Source of the DNA: Candidatus Hadarchaeota archaeon
GTDB taxonomy: Archaea; Hadarchaeota; Hadarchaeia; Hadarchaeales; Hadarchaeaceae
Reading direction: 5' to 3'
Assembly (NCBI GenBank): GCA_964514965.1
Contig: CAZETV010000002.1
Span: 120,001-152,000, forward strand
DNA length: 32,000 nt
A program made the position numbers and the translations under genes. Shown here in pieces: positions 17,555 through 25,491 of this stretch (positions are counted from its first letter, which is position 1; each line of letters starts with the position of its first letter). The notes below the pieces were generated by a model. That model saw only the letters and a list, made by a program, of their open reading frames with translations. It searched no databases and was not told the origin of the DNA.

Positions 17555-18211
17555 TCAACGCCCAAATTTCCTTTCTTGCGCATGGTACCAACTGAAGGCC
17601 GCCTCCCAATCTTGTTCTGTGCATTCAGGAAATAGTTTTTTGATAAAGTAAAGCTCAGAATATCGTGCTTGAATACTTAAGAAATCGGACAATCTTTGAA
17701 GGTTGCCTGTTCTTATTATTAGATTAGGTTCTATATCTACCATCAAAAGAGACTTCACCTCTGATTCCGGTTCCCTAGATGCTTTCAAACAAGCATTCAA
17801 AAATTCATGTTGAGCACTCCATGCCATTAGAAACACCACACAGTGTCTTGTATAGGCTTTAGTGGCTTCGGTAAGTTGATCCATTACCTCCCTCAAAGAA
17901 ACTGGGAATACTTCTCGTTGTGTAGAATAAAACTGAAAATTAATCTGTTTTTGATGAACTTCTGAATTCGAGTCCAAGTATTTTCGAAACTCTTTTTCAT
18001 AAAGAGCGAATACCTCTTCGAGCTTTTCTTTGGGTCTTTTGAGATTATCTTCGCTCAAAGCATAAACAATTATATGCGAGACATCCTTTTGAGAACAGAA
18101 GTCTAGGAACGTCCTTAGTGTTTCTACGCCCTTTCTAAATACCTCAGCCTCGGATATACCGTATTTTTCAGCGTATCTACGGTTACCATCCGGTATAAGC
18201 CCGACGATCAT
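17555..18211 (-). CDS. cis-prenyltransferase (undecaprenyl diphosphate synthase family), short
   Basis: IPDGNRRYAEKYG, IVYALSEDNLKRPKEK, IEPNLIIRTGNLQRLSDFLSIQARYSELYF. Confidence 0.85.
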   Translation of the reverse strand: MIVGLIPDGNRRYAEKYGISEAEVFRKGVETLRTFLDFCSQKDVSHIIVYALSEDNLKRPKEKLEEVFALYEKEFRKYLDSNSEVHQKQINFQFYSTQREVFPVSLREVMDQLTEATKAYTRHCVVFLMAWSAQHEFLNACLKASREPESEVKSLLMVDIEPNLIIRTGNLQRLSDFLSIQARYSELYFIKKLFPECTEQDWEAAFSWYHAQERKFGR

Positions 18212-18353
18212 GAAAAATCACCATTCTGTGTTACTTAAGTCGGCTATAAATATTTCAGAAGATGCCAAAGTCACCCTTATGCCGTTGCTACTCTGTACCA
18301 AAACCCGCCAAATTTTTGGCCATCAGCGCGTACTCCTTTTTTGATATATCAAA

Positions 18354-18400
18354 TTAGGCTCATGACCCAATTAAACTACCCATTTTCCAAGCCCAAAAAT
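18354..18400. repeat. Direct repeat copy 1
   Basis: TTAGGCTCATGACCCAATTAAACTACCCATTTTCCAAGCCCAAAAAT, near-identical to 18881-18927. Confidence 0.8.
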
Positions 18401-18526
18401 CTGGCAAACAAATCTCCCCCTAAAACAAAGTCCACGCTCAAAGGGGACTTATAAAGGGAGATTTTGTCAAAATAAGGTGTTATAAGCGTGTCATGGTTTC
18501 GGAGTTAGGGAAACGTCGAAAAAAAG

Positions 18527-18827
18527 TCAAGTTTTGACACTAGGAGACCAAGCTTGAAGTTTCCATTCATCCTCACCTAAATCCAAGTTTTCAAAACATC
18601 TACTACATACCAACCTTGGTCTTCTTTTCCTCGGAAACCTCACTATCCACATCTTGTCTTGCGGAAATTCCTTTCCGCACTTGTAGCATTTGTATTGTTT
18701 TCGCAATTTACCCTCCTCCCGGCAGACTTCTGGTGGGCCAGTTACGTGGCCATGCCATGCGGCTATCACTTAACCCACGAGCATAACCTTCTCTTAACTG
18801 TTCATCCGTGAACTTGCGTGTCGGCAT
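18527..18827 (-). pseudogene. HTH-like N terminus (18708-18827) and zinc-ribbon C terminus (18527-18769) in different frames; probable frameshifted gene
   Basis: MPTRKFTDEQLREGYARGLSDSRMA in one frame continues as HGHVTGPPEVCREEGKLRKQYKCYKCGKEF...LVCSRCFEN in another. Confidence 0.5.
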
Positions 18828-18880
18828 TCTTATCACCTTTATTTACCCAACTACTTTTGGATTGGATTAAAATTTTCCTA

Positions 18881-18927
18881 ATAGGCTCATGATCCAATTA
18901 AAACGCCAATTTTCCAAGCCCAAAAAT
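18881..18927. repeat. Direct repeat copy 2
   Basis: ATAGGCTCATGATCCAATTAAAACGCCAATTTTCCAAGCCCAAAAAT. Confidence 0.8.
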
Positions 18928-19034
18928 AGGGCAATCGGGGGGGCGTTCTGCGGGCCGATTAGATGCCGATGTATCAAGTTTTAAGAAACCTATCTCTTTC
19001 GCTTCTTCTTTCGCTTTTTGGCCCTTGCCATTTT

Positions 19035-19895
19035 TCACCCCTCCTTCCACTTCTTTTTCCCTTTTTTCTGAACTGCCGAGGTTAAACCGAGCACTTCTCC
19101 AAGCTGGGTGCCGAGCTGGGTTGGGCTCACCACGATCATGTTCTTCTCGCGAGCTATCTCAGTCATGGTTTGGAGTTCCCGAAGCCTCAGTGCGGACGGG
19201 TTCTTATGGTACTGCTTTGCAGCCTCGGCCATTTTCTTCGCCGCCTCGAACTCGCCTTGGGCCATTATCACCCTCGATCTCCGTTCCCGCTCCGCTTCCG
19301 CCTGCTTAGCTATCGCGCGGAGCATCTCCTCGGGCAGGCTCACGTCCCTTACCGTCACCGAACTCACCTTTATGCCCCAAGCATCAGTCCCCTCATCGAG
19401 GATCTTCTGAAGGCTCGCATTCAGTTCATCACGCTTAGTCAGCAGTTCGTCTAGGTCCCTTTGCCCGAGCACATCGCGCAGCGTGGTCTGAGCGAGCAGG
19501 CTTGTGGCCATGATGTAGTGCTCCACCTTCATTATGGCATCGTTCGGGTTCACCACCCGCATGTAGACGACCGCATCGACATTGACGCTCACGTTGTCCT
19601 TGGTGACCACACTTTGTTTAGGTACATCGAGCGTTAGCGTGCGCAAGTCGACCTTCATTATCCTATCGAGTATCGGAACGATCAGGAAGATCCCAGGCCC
19701 CTTGATCCCAGCGAACCTGCCCAACCTGAATTTCACCGCCCGTTCGTACTCCCGCAGGACCCTTATCGCGGCCATCAGAAATAGGGCGACGAGAAAAACT
19801 ATGGAAACAATTAACCCTACCAACCAATCCTCGGGCACTGGTTCACCAAACTCCATTCTAATGCCCGTATTTAAATCCACTACCGGCGTCAGCAC
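19035..19895 (-). CDS. SPFH/stomatin-like (slipin) membrane protein
   Basis: REYERAVKFRLGRFAGIKGPGIFLIVPILDRIMKVDLRTLTLDVP; QTTLRDVLGQRDLDELLTKRDELN; EAERERRSRVIMAQGEFEAA. Confidence 0.95.
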   Translation of the reverse strand: MLTPVVDLNTGIRMEFGEPVPEDWLVGLIVSIVFLVALFLMAAIRVLREYERAVKFRLGRFAGIKGPGIFLIVPILDRIMKVDLRTLTLDVPKQSVVTKDNVSVNVDAVVYMRVVNPNDAIMKVEHYIMATSLLAQTTLRDVLGQRDLDELLTKRDELNASLQKILDEGTDAWGIKVSSVTVRDVSLPEEMLRAIAKQAEAERERRSRVIMAQGEFEAAKKMAEAAKQYHKNPSALRLRELQTMTEIAREKNMIVVSPTQLGTQLGEVLGLTSAVQKKGKKKWKEG

Positions 19896-19953
19896 GATTT
19901 TGAATTTGACTAGCGTAGTACATTTTCAGGTGGTAGTACCATCGAAAAATGTT

Positions 19954-20208
19954 TCAAGTGGTACTATTTTTCCTCATTTTTGCCGTATTTTCCCGTGACC
20001 GGCCGCGGATTATCATCGTGCCATATCGCTTGAGTGCTTCGCTGCCCTGGAGTTCTTCCGCATCCTCGAGCACGAGATTTACGTGGGTGTCAACCCCACT
20101 TATCTTGCCCCGAAACTCCCTGCCGCCCTTGAGGCTCACGAGTACCGATGAGCCGAGAGCGCGGTTTAAGACATCTAGAGGTCGCTGCGCGGGCATGAAA
20201 ATCGTCAA
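19954..20208 (-). CDS. Sm-like (Lsm/SmAP) RNA-binding protein
   Basis: [45 protein letters not shown]...[10 protein letters not shown] (Sm1 and Sm2). Confidence 0.95.
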   Translation of the reverse strand: MTIFMPAQRPLDVLNRALGSSVLVSLKGGREFRGKISGVDTHVNLVLEDAEELQGSEALKRYGTMIIRGRSRENTAKMRKNSTT

Positions 20209-20415
20209 TCTCTCAGTGATGCCACATTTAAGCGTTGCTTACGACGCCACGGGTAAGAAAGTAGGGACGTTTTTTGAGCATTACTGGGGGGAAAGCTCGA
20301 ATTACCTCCCACTATCGGATTTTTTATTTTTACGCGATAGGTCTAAGCTCCACACTAGCCGGTCCTCCGCTACGGGTATACTCCCAAAAAATCAAGGGCC
20401 CATGCAAAACTTGAT

Positions 20416-21675
20416 CTATCTCTGCTCAAAGTCCACTTTGATGCCGTAGACAAATCGAAGGGTTGCATAGTGGTCCCCCAACCCCAGCGATTGAACTCTA
20501 TCCAAGATGCCCTCGGATCGATAATCGTGCGCAATTGTTGCCATGTCTACGTATGCCCTAGTGCCCCTTTTAGACCCACATTTCGGGACGATAACCTTCC
20601 AATCGGGGTAAAGAATAACTTTGGCGATGCTATCCACCTCGCCCAGCTTGTGGCCTCCACCGTGAGGAAGTATATTCGCTCCCCTTAACTTCTCATACGC
20701 CCATCTATCAATAGCCCTCGAACCAGTCACAACTTTGATTTTTTCCGGAGAAAGGTTCATTCTGCCCTTGACGAGGCACGCCGGGAAATCATCGGTTAAA
20801 GTTATCACGAAAATCTCTCCTTCCTCGTGGATGAGGTTACATCCGATAATTGCTTCGTTGGGGCCGATCAGCTCATAATGGTTGTGATTCGCTATTACCT
20901 CGCCTCCAAAAATCTCTACAAAAAGAAGCTTTCTTTTTCTCTTGGAAAAGTCGCTCGCGTACCCGCAACGTTCTCTGTACTCTCGTGCATCGGCGCCCTG
21001 CAGGACGTATGATTTGCCGAAGGGCGTCCGCATTTCTTCGGCCCTTTCACAAACGAAGTTAATTAATGAGTCACGCATTTCGTCCGAAGAGGTGTGTAAG
21101 ACCGCGACTATCCTCGGCAGATCAAGGGTTTCGTAATTTTCAACCTCATATAAATTCAAAAAATGGCTGCCCGGGCTAAAATTTCTCAACCCGATTTCTT
21201 TGCCATCGATTTTGAGACCTTTTTCCCTCATTTCGTGTAGGATGTCCAATATTTCTTCAAGATCGGGATCGTTTTTTGCTGCACCGACTAACATGCCACA
21301 AAAGTCAAATTCCATCTCCCCGGGGACGAGGTCATACGAGCCATCCCCCCATATGATTTTGCCTCCCTCGGGGATCGATTCATAAAATTTGTGGGGGGAT
21401 GTTTGAAACGTGAAATCCGGCGCGCCGATGAACATGGCCCGGGGTTCATATCCCAATTTTTCTTGGATGTAATGCATCTTTGCTACAAAGAAGGTTGTAT
21501 TTATCTTACCAACCTCCTCGGCGGGATCGTTCATCCCCAAGTTGAAAAGATATTTCTCCGCATTTTTCATCCTCTTATCAAATTCCTCTCTACTCAGCGG
21601 GTAGCGTCCCCTCAATTCATATTCCATTGGATCACCAAGATAGATATAGCAATTCCTCCAATAACTTTTGCGCAC
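20416..21675 (-). CDS. Divergent RtcB-family (RNA ligase RtcB-like) protein
   Basis: Ordered motifs reminiscent of RtcB: VPGEMEFDFCGMLVG, NFSPGSHFLNLYEVE, VLHTSSDEMRD, NHNHYELIGPNE, ILPHGGGHKLGE; start is probably the internal M at DPMEYELRG. Confidence 0.55.
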   Translation of the reverse strand: MRKSYWRNCYIYLGDPMEYELRGRYPLSREEFDKRMKNAEKYLFNLGMNDPAEEVGKINTTFFVAKMHYIQEKLGYEPRAMFIGAPDFTFQTSPHKFYESIPEGGKIIWGDGSYDLVPGEMEFDFCGMLVGAAKNDPDLEEILDILHEMREKGLKIDGKEIGLRNFSPGSHFLNLYEVENYETLDLPRIVAVLHTSSDEMRDSLINFVCERAEEMRTPFGKSYVLQGADAREYRERCGYASDFSKRKRKLLFVEIFGGEVIANHNHYELIGPNEAIIGCNLIHEEGEIFVITLTDDFPACLVKGRMNLSPEKIKVVTGSRAIDRWAYEKLRGANILPHGGGHKLGEVDSIAKVILYPDWKVIVPKCGSKRGTRAYVDMATIAHDYRSEGILDRVQSLGLGDHYATLRFVYGIKVDFEQR

Positions 21676-21801
21676 AAAGGGAGAATATCTTAAAGCTAAA
21701 AAATAAGATGGTCTGAATCCTGCTTACAGGTAAAGCTATGCATCAACGCAATAATTGGGTTTTGATCTAGCAAATGATACTTTCAGCTTTTTACTAAATG
21801 C

Positions 21802-22000
21802 GCCAGCCATTTTTGACCTATGGTGCGGTATTAGGGGTTTGAACCCAGATTTGTACCTCAGGCAAAATTCTGGGAGATTTTTGGAAAAACTTCGTAAATC
21901 TTGCCCAGATCACTTAGCGAGACTTATGGTGCGTTATTAGGGATTTGTACCTAGGTTTGTACCTTCCAGAAGATCTCCGGAAAATCTCCTCGGACACTAA
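21802..22000 (-). repeat. Two tandem tRNA-3'-like repeat units (TGGTGCG at 21821 and 21927)
   Basis: TGGTGCGGTATTAGGGGTTTGAACCCAGATTTGTACC / TGGTGCGTTATTAGGGATTTGTACCTAGGTTTGTACC; left flank GCGCCAGCCATTTTTGA..TATGGTGCGG identical to the tRNA-Leu 3' flank at 22800. Confidence 0.8.
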
Positions 22001-22026
22001 ATTATTGGGCATCTACTTTTCCCTCG

Positions 22027-22584
22027 CTAACTCTTCTTCAAAGAGTGAGGAATATAAAAGTTAGATTCTTTCTTCTCCATAAATAGCTGGTATGGTCGAA
22101 GTATAGTAGGCGTTTCGCTCTCTGGATATTCTTCTCTTTCAATAAATCCAGCAGACTTGTAGATATGCTGAGCTACAGTCATGAATTTAGAAGTTTCGAG
22201 CAGGAATGAAGAACATCCAAACTCTCTGCCCACCTCTAATAGTCTATTTAGCATCTGTTTTCCATAGCCTCTTCCTCTGTAAAGGGGACGGATGTACATC
22301 CGCTTGATTTCTCCAATCTCATCACTCAATTTCCTTAGTGCTCCCATCCCAGCGATATTTCCTTCAACTACCAGTAAGTAAATGATACCATCTGGAGGTT
22401 TCAAACTTGTAAGATCTTCAAGATGGGCATCAACATATTCTGAAATGGTCTGTCCAATGATGGAAACAGCATCAAGCTGGTAATTCTCTCTGAATTGATC
22501 TGCAATCCATGTTATAAGTTCAATATTCAGCTGGACGTATTCTTCTTTGTGAACATCCAGGTCGAGTGGAACAAACTCTTCCAT
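22027..22584 (-). CDS. GNAT family N-acetyltransferase
   Basis: IAGMGALRKLSDEIGEIKRMYIRPLYRGRGYGKQMLNRLLEVGREFGCSSFLLET. Confidence 0.93.
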   Translation of the reverse strand: MEEFVPLDLDVHKEEYVQLNIELITWIADQFRENYQLDAVSIIGQTISEYVDAHLEDLTSLKPPDGIIYLLVVEGNIAGMGALRKLSDEIGEIKRMYIRPLYRGRGYGKQMLNRLLEVGREFGCSSFLLETSKFMTVAQHIYKSAGFIEREEYPESETPTILRPYQLFMEKKESNFYIPHSLKKS

Positions 22585-22616
22585 GCAATAGCCCTCTTCT
22601 ACATATTTGGCTCATT

Positions 22617-22763
22617 CTAGATATTAATTTCACATTTTGCTGCGGGTTGTCCCCCTCTTGGAACCTCTTCTGGAACCCAGCGGGGTTGAAATATAATAAA
22701 GATCAAAGCGCTCACAACCAAAATCGCTGCAATAATCCCAGCCGCAATAGCAAATTTACTCAT
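22617..22763 (-). CDS. Small single-pass membrane protein (48 aa)
   Basis: MSKFAIAAGIIAAILVVSALIFIIFQPRWVPEEVPRGGQPAAKCEINI, read from sequence; ATG to TAG. Confidence 0.5.
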   Translation of the reverse strand: MSKFAIAAGIIAAILVVSALIFIIFQPRWVPEEVPRGGQPAAKCEINI

Positions 22764-22819
22764 GGCGCGTTTTCACGCCAGACTCTATTCTACCAAAGGC
22801 GCCAGCCATTTTTGAGGTA

Positions 22820-22926
22820 TGGTGCGGGGGAAGGGATTTGAACCCTCGAACTCCTAAGAGACCAGCCCCTCAAGCTGGCACCTTTAGTCGGTCGTTAGAC
22901 CTTTGACCTGACTCGGCCACCCCCGC
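22820..22926 (-). tRNA. tRNA-Leu(GAG) with an apparent 19-nt intron between D arm and anticodon stem
   Basis: Acceptor GCGGGGG/CCCCCGC, A73, encoded CCA, long variable arm, anticodon stem-loop CCAGC-TTGAGGG-GCTGG; 19 extra nt (22880-22898) after D stem. Confidence 0.88.
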
Positions 22927-22964
22927 GCCAAGCAAAATTATGCGCTGCGGAGATTTTAATCTTC

Positions 22965-23753
22965 TTAGAGTTTCTTCACTTGCTTCGAAAATTCGTTGAG
23001 CTTGCTCTCGACGACTCCCATAGCCTTAAGGATAATCTGTTCGGGCGGCATGCTGCCCGTCGATTCGATGCGGAAGATGAACTTCGTGGGGTCGCTTCCT
23101 ATTCGGATTGCTTTGGGCGAGCAAGTCTCGGCGCAGGCTTTGCACATTGTGCATAACATTATATCACTAATTTTCGGTTTTTTCCCAGCGAGTTCGATAA
23201 TTTTCACCGGGCAGGCCTTGACACAGGCACCGCAACCGTCGCAGGCTTTTTCGTTAAGCTCGAACACTGGCATGTACTTGTACGCGACCACTCCAGGTTG
23301 CCATTTCGCGTGCTCCTTGCCAAATCCCAAACGCGCGATGGCAGTCAGCTCAAGGTGCTGCTTCTCCTCGAGCTTGATGATGGGGATAGAACCGCTCACT
23401 GGTAAGACCTCTTCATCAGTCGACTTCAAATCGCCACTGAGTGCAGTCACATGACCATCGCGCTTAAGCGTCAGGGACACGCTACACTTAGGGCAGCGCC
23501 CTTCCCGACAGCCGCACTCACCTGGCAGGTTGTAACCTTTCAGGGGCGTGCGAAGGGGGACTAACCCGAGTCGGTGCGCGAGAACCTCATCATACATCGC
23601 AGAATCATTGACTTTAAACTCGACTTCATCAATCGCCATCACCGGTACTTCGCGCAAAGCGGCCCGGCGGAGGGCGTTCGCGAAGGCTGGATTAGCGCCA
23701 GATAGCACGAACTCCATCTCGTCACCTTTAAGCTTTCGAATTTTGAGTTCCAT
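22965..23753 (-). CDS. rpoD: DNA-directed RNA polymerase subunit D (Rpo3) with ferredoxin-like Fe-S insert
   Basis: ANPAFANALRRAALREVPVMAIDEVEF; CDGCGACVKACPVKII...CTMCKACAETCSPKAI. Confidence 0.97.
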   Translation of the reverse strand: MELKIRKLKGDEMEFVLSGANPAFANALRRAALREVPVMAIDEVEFKVNDSAMYDEVLAHRLGLVPLRTPLKGYNLPGECGCREGRCPKCSVSLTLKRDGHVTALSGDLKSTDEEVLPVSGSIPIIKLEEKQHLELTAIARLGFGKEHAKWQPGVVAYKYMPVFELNEKACDGCGACVKACPVKIIELAGKKPKISDIMLCTMCKACAETCSPKAIRIGSDPTKFIFRIESTGSMPPEQIILKAMGVVESKLNEFSKQVKKL

Positions 23754-23762
23754 TTTTTCACC

Positions 23763-24152
23763 TCATACTCGACGGCCTCTTCTCCCTCCAGGTCGTCGAC
23801 ATCCATCGTGTGGAGTCGGCGTGGTATCCTCAATTCTCCCAATCCTTAAACCTGCACGCGCTAGTGCCCGAATTGCCGCCTGCGCTCCGGGACCAGGACT
23901 CCTAGAATTGCCCCCGCCCGGCGCACGCACTTTGATGTGAATGCCTGTGAATCCTTTCTCCATCGCCTCCTCAGCCGCGCGCATCGCAGCCTGCATAGCC
24001 GCGTAGGGTGAGGATTCCTCTCGGTCGGCCTTGACCACCATGCCTCCTGACCAGCGAGCTATGGTCTCTGCCCCGGTGAGGTCAGTTATGTGAATGATGG
24101 TGTTGTTGAATGATGAGTAAATGTGAGCGACTCCCCACTTACCGTCCATCAT
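23763..24152 (-). CDS. rps11: 30S ribosomal protein S11
   Basis: [51 protein letters not shown]...[26 protein letters not shown]. Confidence 0.98.
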   Translation of the reverse strand: MMDGKWGVAHIYSSFNNTIIHITDLTGAETIARWSGGMVVKADREESSPYAAMQAAMRAAEEAMEKGFTGIHIKVRAPGGGNSRSPGPGAQAAIRALARAGLRIGRIEDTTPTPHDGCRRPGGRRGRRV

Positions 24153-24739
24153 GCTGTCTCCTCCTTAGACTGCGCTTTGGCTTCACCTTCAGCCTCCTCG
24201 GGGCGGGTTTCCACCTTCTCTTCGACGATTGTTTCGGCCGCTGGGGCTTCGGGCTTTGGCTGAACCTTAAAAGACGAACCCTCTACATATCCGATTACAC
24301 CCTCTTCATCGAGGGGCACCAAGTAGCTCGGTACGCTGACTTGTTTGCCCGAGATAGTTATATGACCATGAAGCACAAGCTGTCGGGCCTGCTGTGGCGT
24401 TCGAGCTAAACTTTTGCGATAGATGATAGTTTGGAGGCGGCGCTCGAGCAGGTTTTCGATGTTCAAGCCAAGCACATCATCCAACGTCGTACCCTCACCC
24501 ACGAGACCAAGGCGGCGGAGCCGCGTTAGAAGCTGTTTGGTCTCTAGTTCCGCTTGGGGGCCCGAAGCGGTAAGCAGGTGCCGGGCCTGCCGCCTGAAGT
24601 TTCTGAGCAGGGTCTGAATCCGCCATATTTCCTCTTTTCGGCGGAGCCCGTATTGGCGGAGGAGTTTGTCCTCGGCGTCCGTCCGCTCTTTTTCCCAAGG
24701 ATGTAAGGGCCTGAGATATTTCTTCCGCTGGCGCTTCAT
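24149..24739 (-). CDS. rps4: 30S ribosomal protein S4
   Basis: Typical archaeal S4 sequence with S4 domain [30 protein letters not shown]. Confidence 0.97.
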   Translation of the reverse strand: MKRQRKKYLRPLHPWEKERTDAEDKLLRQYGLRRKEEIWRIQTLLRNFRRQARHLLTASGPQAELETKQLLTRLRRLGLVGEGTTLDDVLGLNIENLLERRLQTIIYRKSLARTPQQARQLVLHGHITISGKQVSVPSYLVPLDEEGVIGYVEGSSFKVQPKPEAPAAETIVEEKVETRPEEAEGEAKAQSKEETA

Positions 24740-25269
24740 TCTGTCTTCTCCTCCTCTTTCGTCTCTACTTCTTTTTTCTCCCGCCTGCCTCTCCCAACTT
24801 TCGCGGCTTCTTCGCGTATACGGACTTCCTTGTGCTTCACTCCCACGACTAGGCCTTTGCGACCAGTGGTGCGCGTTCGCTGACCTCGCACGGGCAAACC
24901 AAGCTCATGTCTAATGCCTCGGCGACTTCGAATTCTACGCTCACGCCCGATGTCAGTGCGCGTCACCATCGCCACATCCGCGCCCAATAGGTGGACATCC
25001 TTACCAGTATCGTAATCCTTTCGCCGGTTGAGCATCCAGTTCGGCATTCCATGCTCGGCCGGGTTTTTTAAGACTTGCTCGAGACGTTCCACTTTATCTT
25101 TGTTCAAATTGCCAAGCTTCTTAAACGGGTCAATATCTGCGGTATAAGTGACAGCTCGGGCGAATGTCAAATTCACGCCCTTCAAATCAGCTAGCGCTAG
25201 CTGTATCTGCTTCTCGCCAGGTAGGTCCTTTCCCGCAAGCCGCACGATATGTTTGAATTCTTCTGGCAT
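24736..25269 (-). CDS. rps13: 30S ribosomal protein S13
   Basis: FKHIVRLAGKDLPGEKQIQLALADLKGVNLTFARAV...GLPVRGQRTRTTGRKG. Confidence 0.97.
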   Translation of the reverse strand: MPEEFKHIVRLAGKDLPGEKQIQLALADLKGVNLTFARAVTYTADIDPFKKLGNLNKDKVERLEQVLKNPAEHGMPNWMLNRRKDYDTGKDVHLLGADVAMVTRTDIGRERRIRSRRGIRHELGLPVRGQRTRTTGRKGLVVGVKHKEVRIREEAAKVGRGRREKKEVETKEEEKTE

Positions 25270-25330
25270 TCAAATCGCCAACTAGGTCTTTCTTAAATTC
25301 GCTGAAGGTCTTATTAAAACGTTCGAAAGG

Positions 25331-25418
25331 TGGCGCCGGGGAGGGGATTCGAACCCCTGCGGCCCAAAGGACCACAGGTTCTCCAAACCTGCGCCTTACC
25401 TGGCTAGGCTACCCCGGC
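25331..25418 (-). tRNA. tRNA-Ser(GGA)
   Basis: Acceptor GCCGGGG/CCCCGGC, G73, CCA; anticodon stem-loop CAGGT-TTGGAGA-ACCTG; long variable arm; T arm GGTTCGAATCC. Confidence 0.95.
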
Positions 25419-25491
25419 AGTCAATTTATCTATAATCTCGGCTCTATAATCACTTTCTCGCTCAGCCAGGTGGTCGAATAGGAACTTTCTA

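Noticed and set aside
20416-21675. Fructose-1,6-bisphosphate aldolase/phosphatase annotation for the 419 aa ORF
   Set aside because: Sequence does not contain the FBPA/P signature regions I know (e.g. KADIGSLAGHH); RtcB-like motif order fits better.
23548-23940. Long plus-strand ORFs opposite the ribosomal operon
   Set aside because: Antisense to rpoD/rps11 with strong homology on the minus strand; other plus-strand ORFs at 22-31 kb rejected for the same reason.
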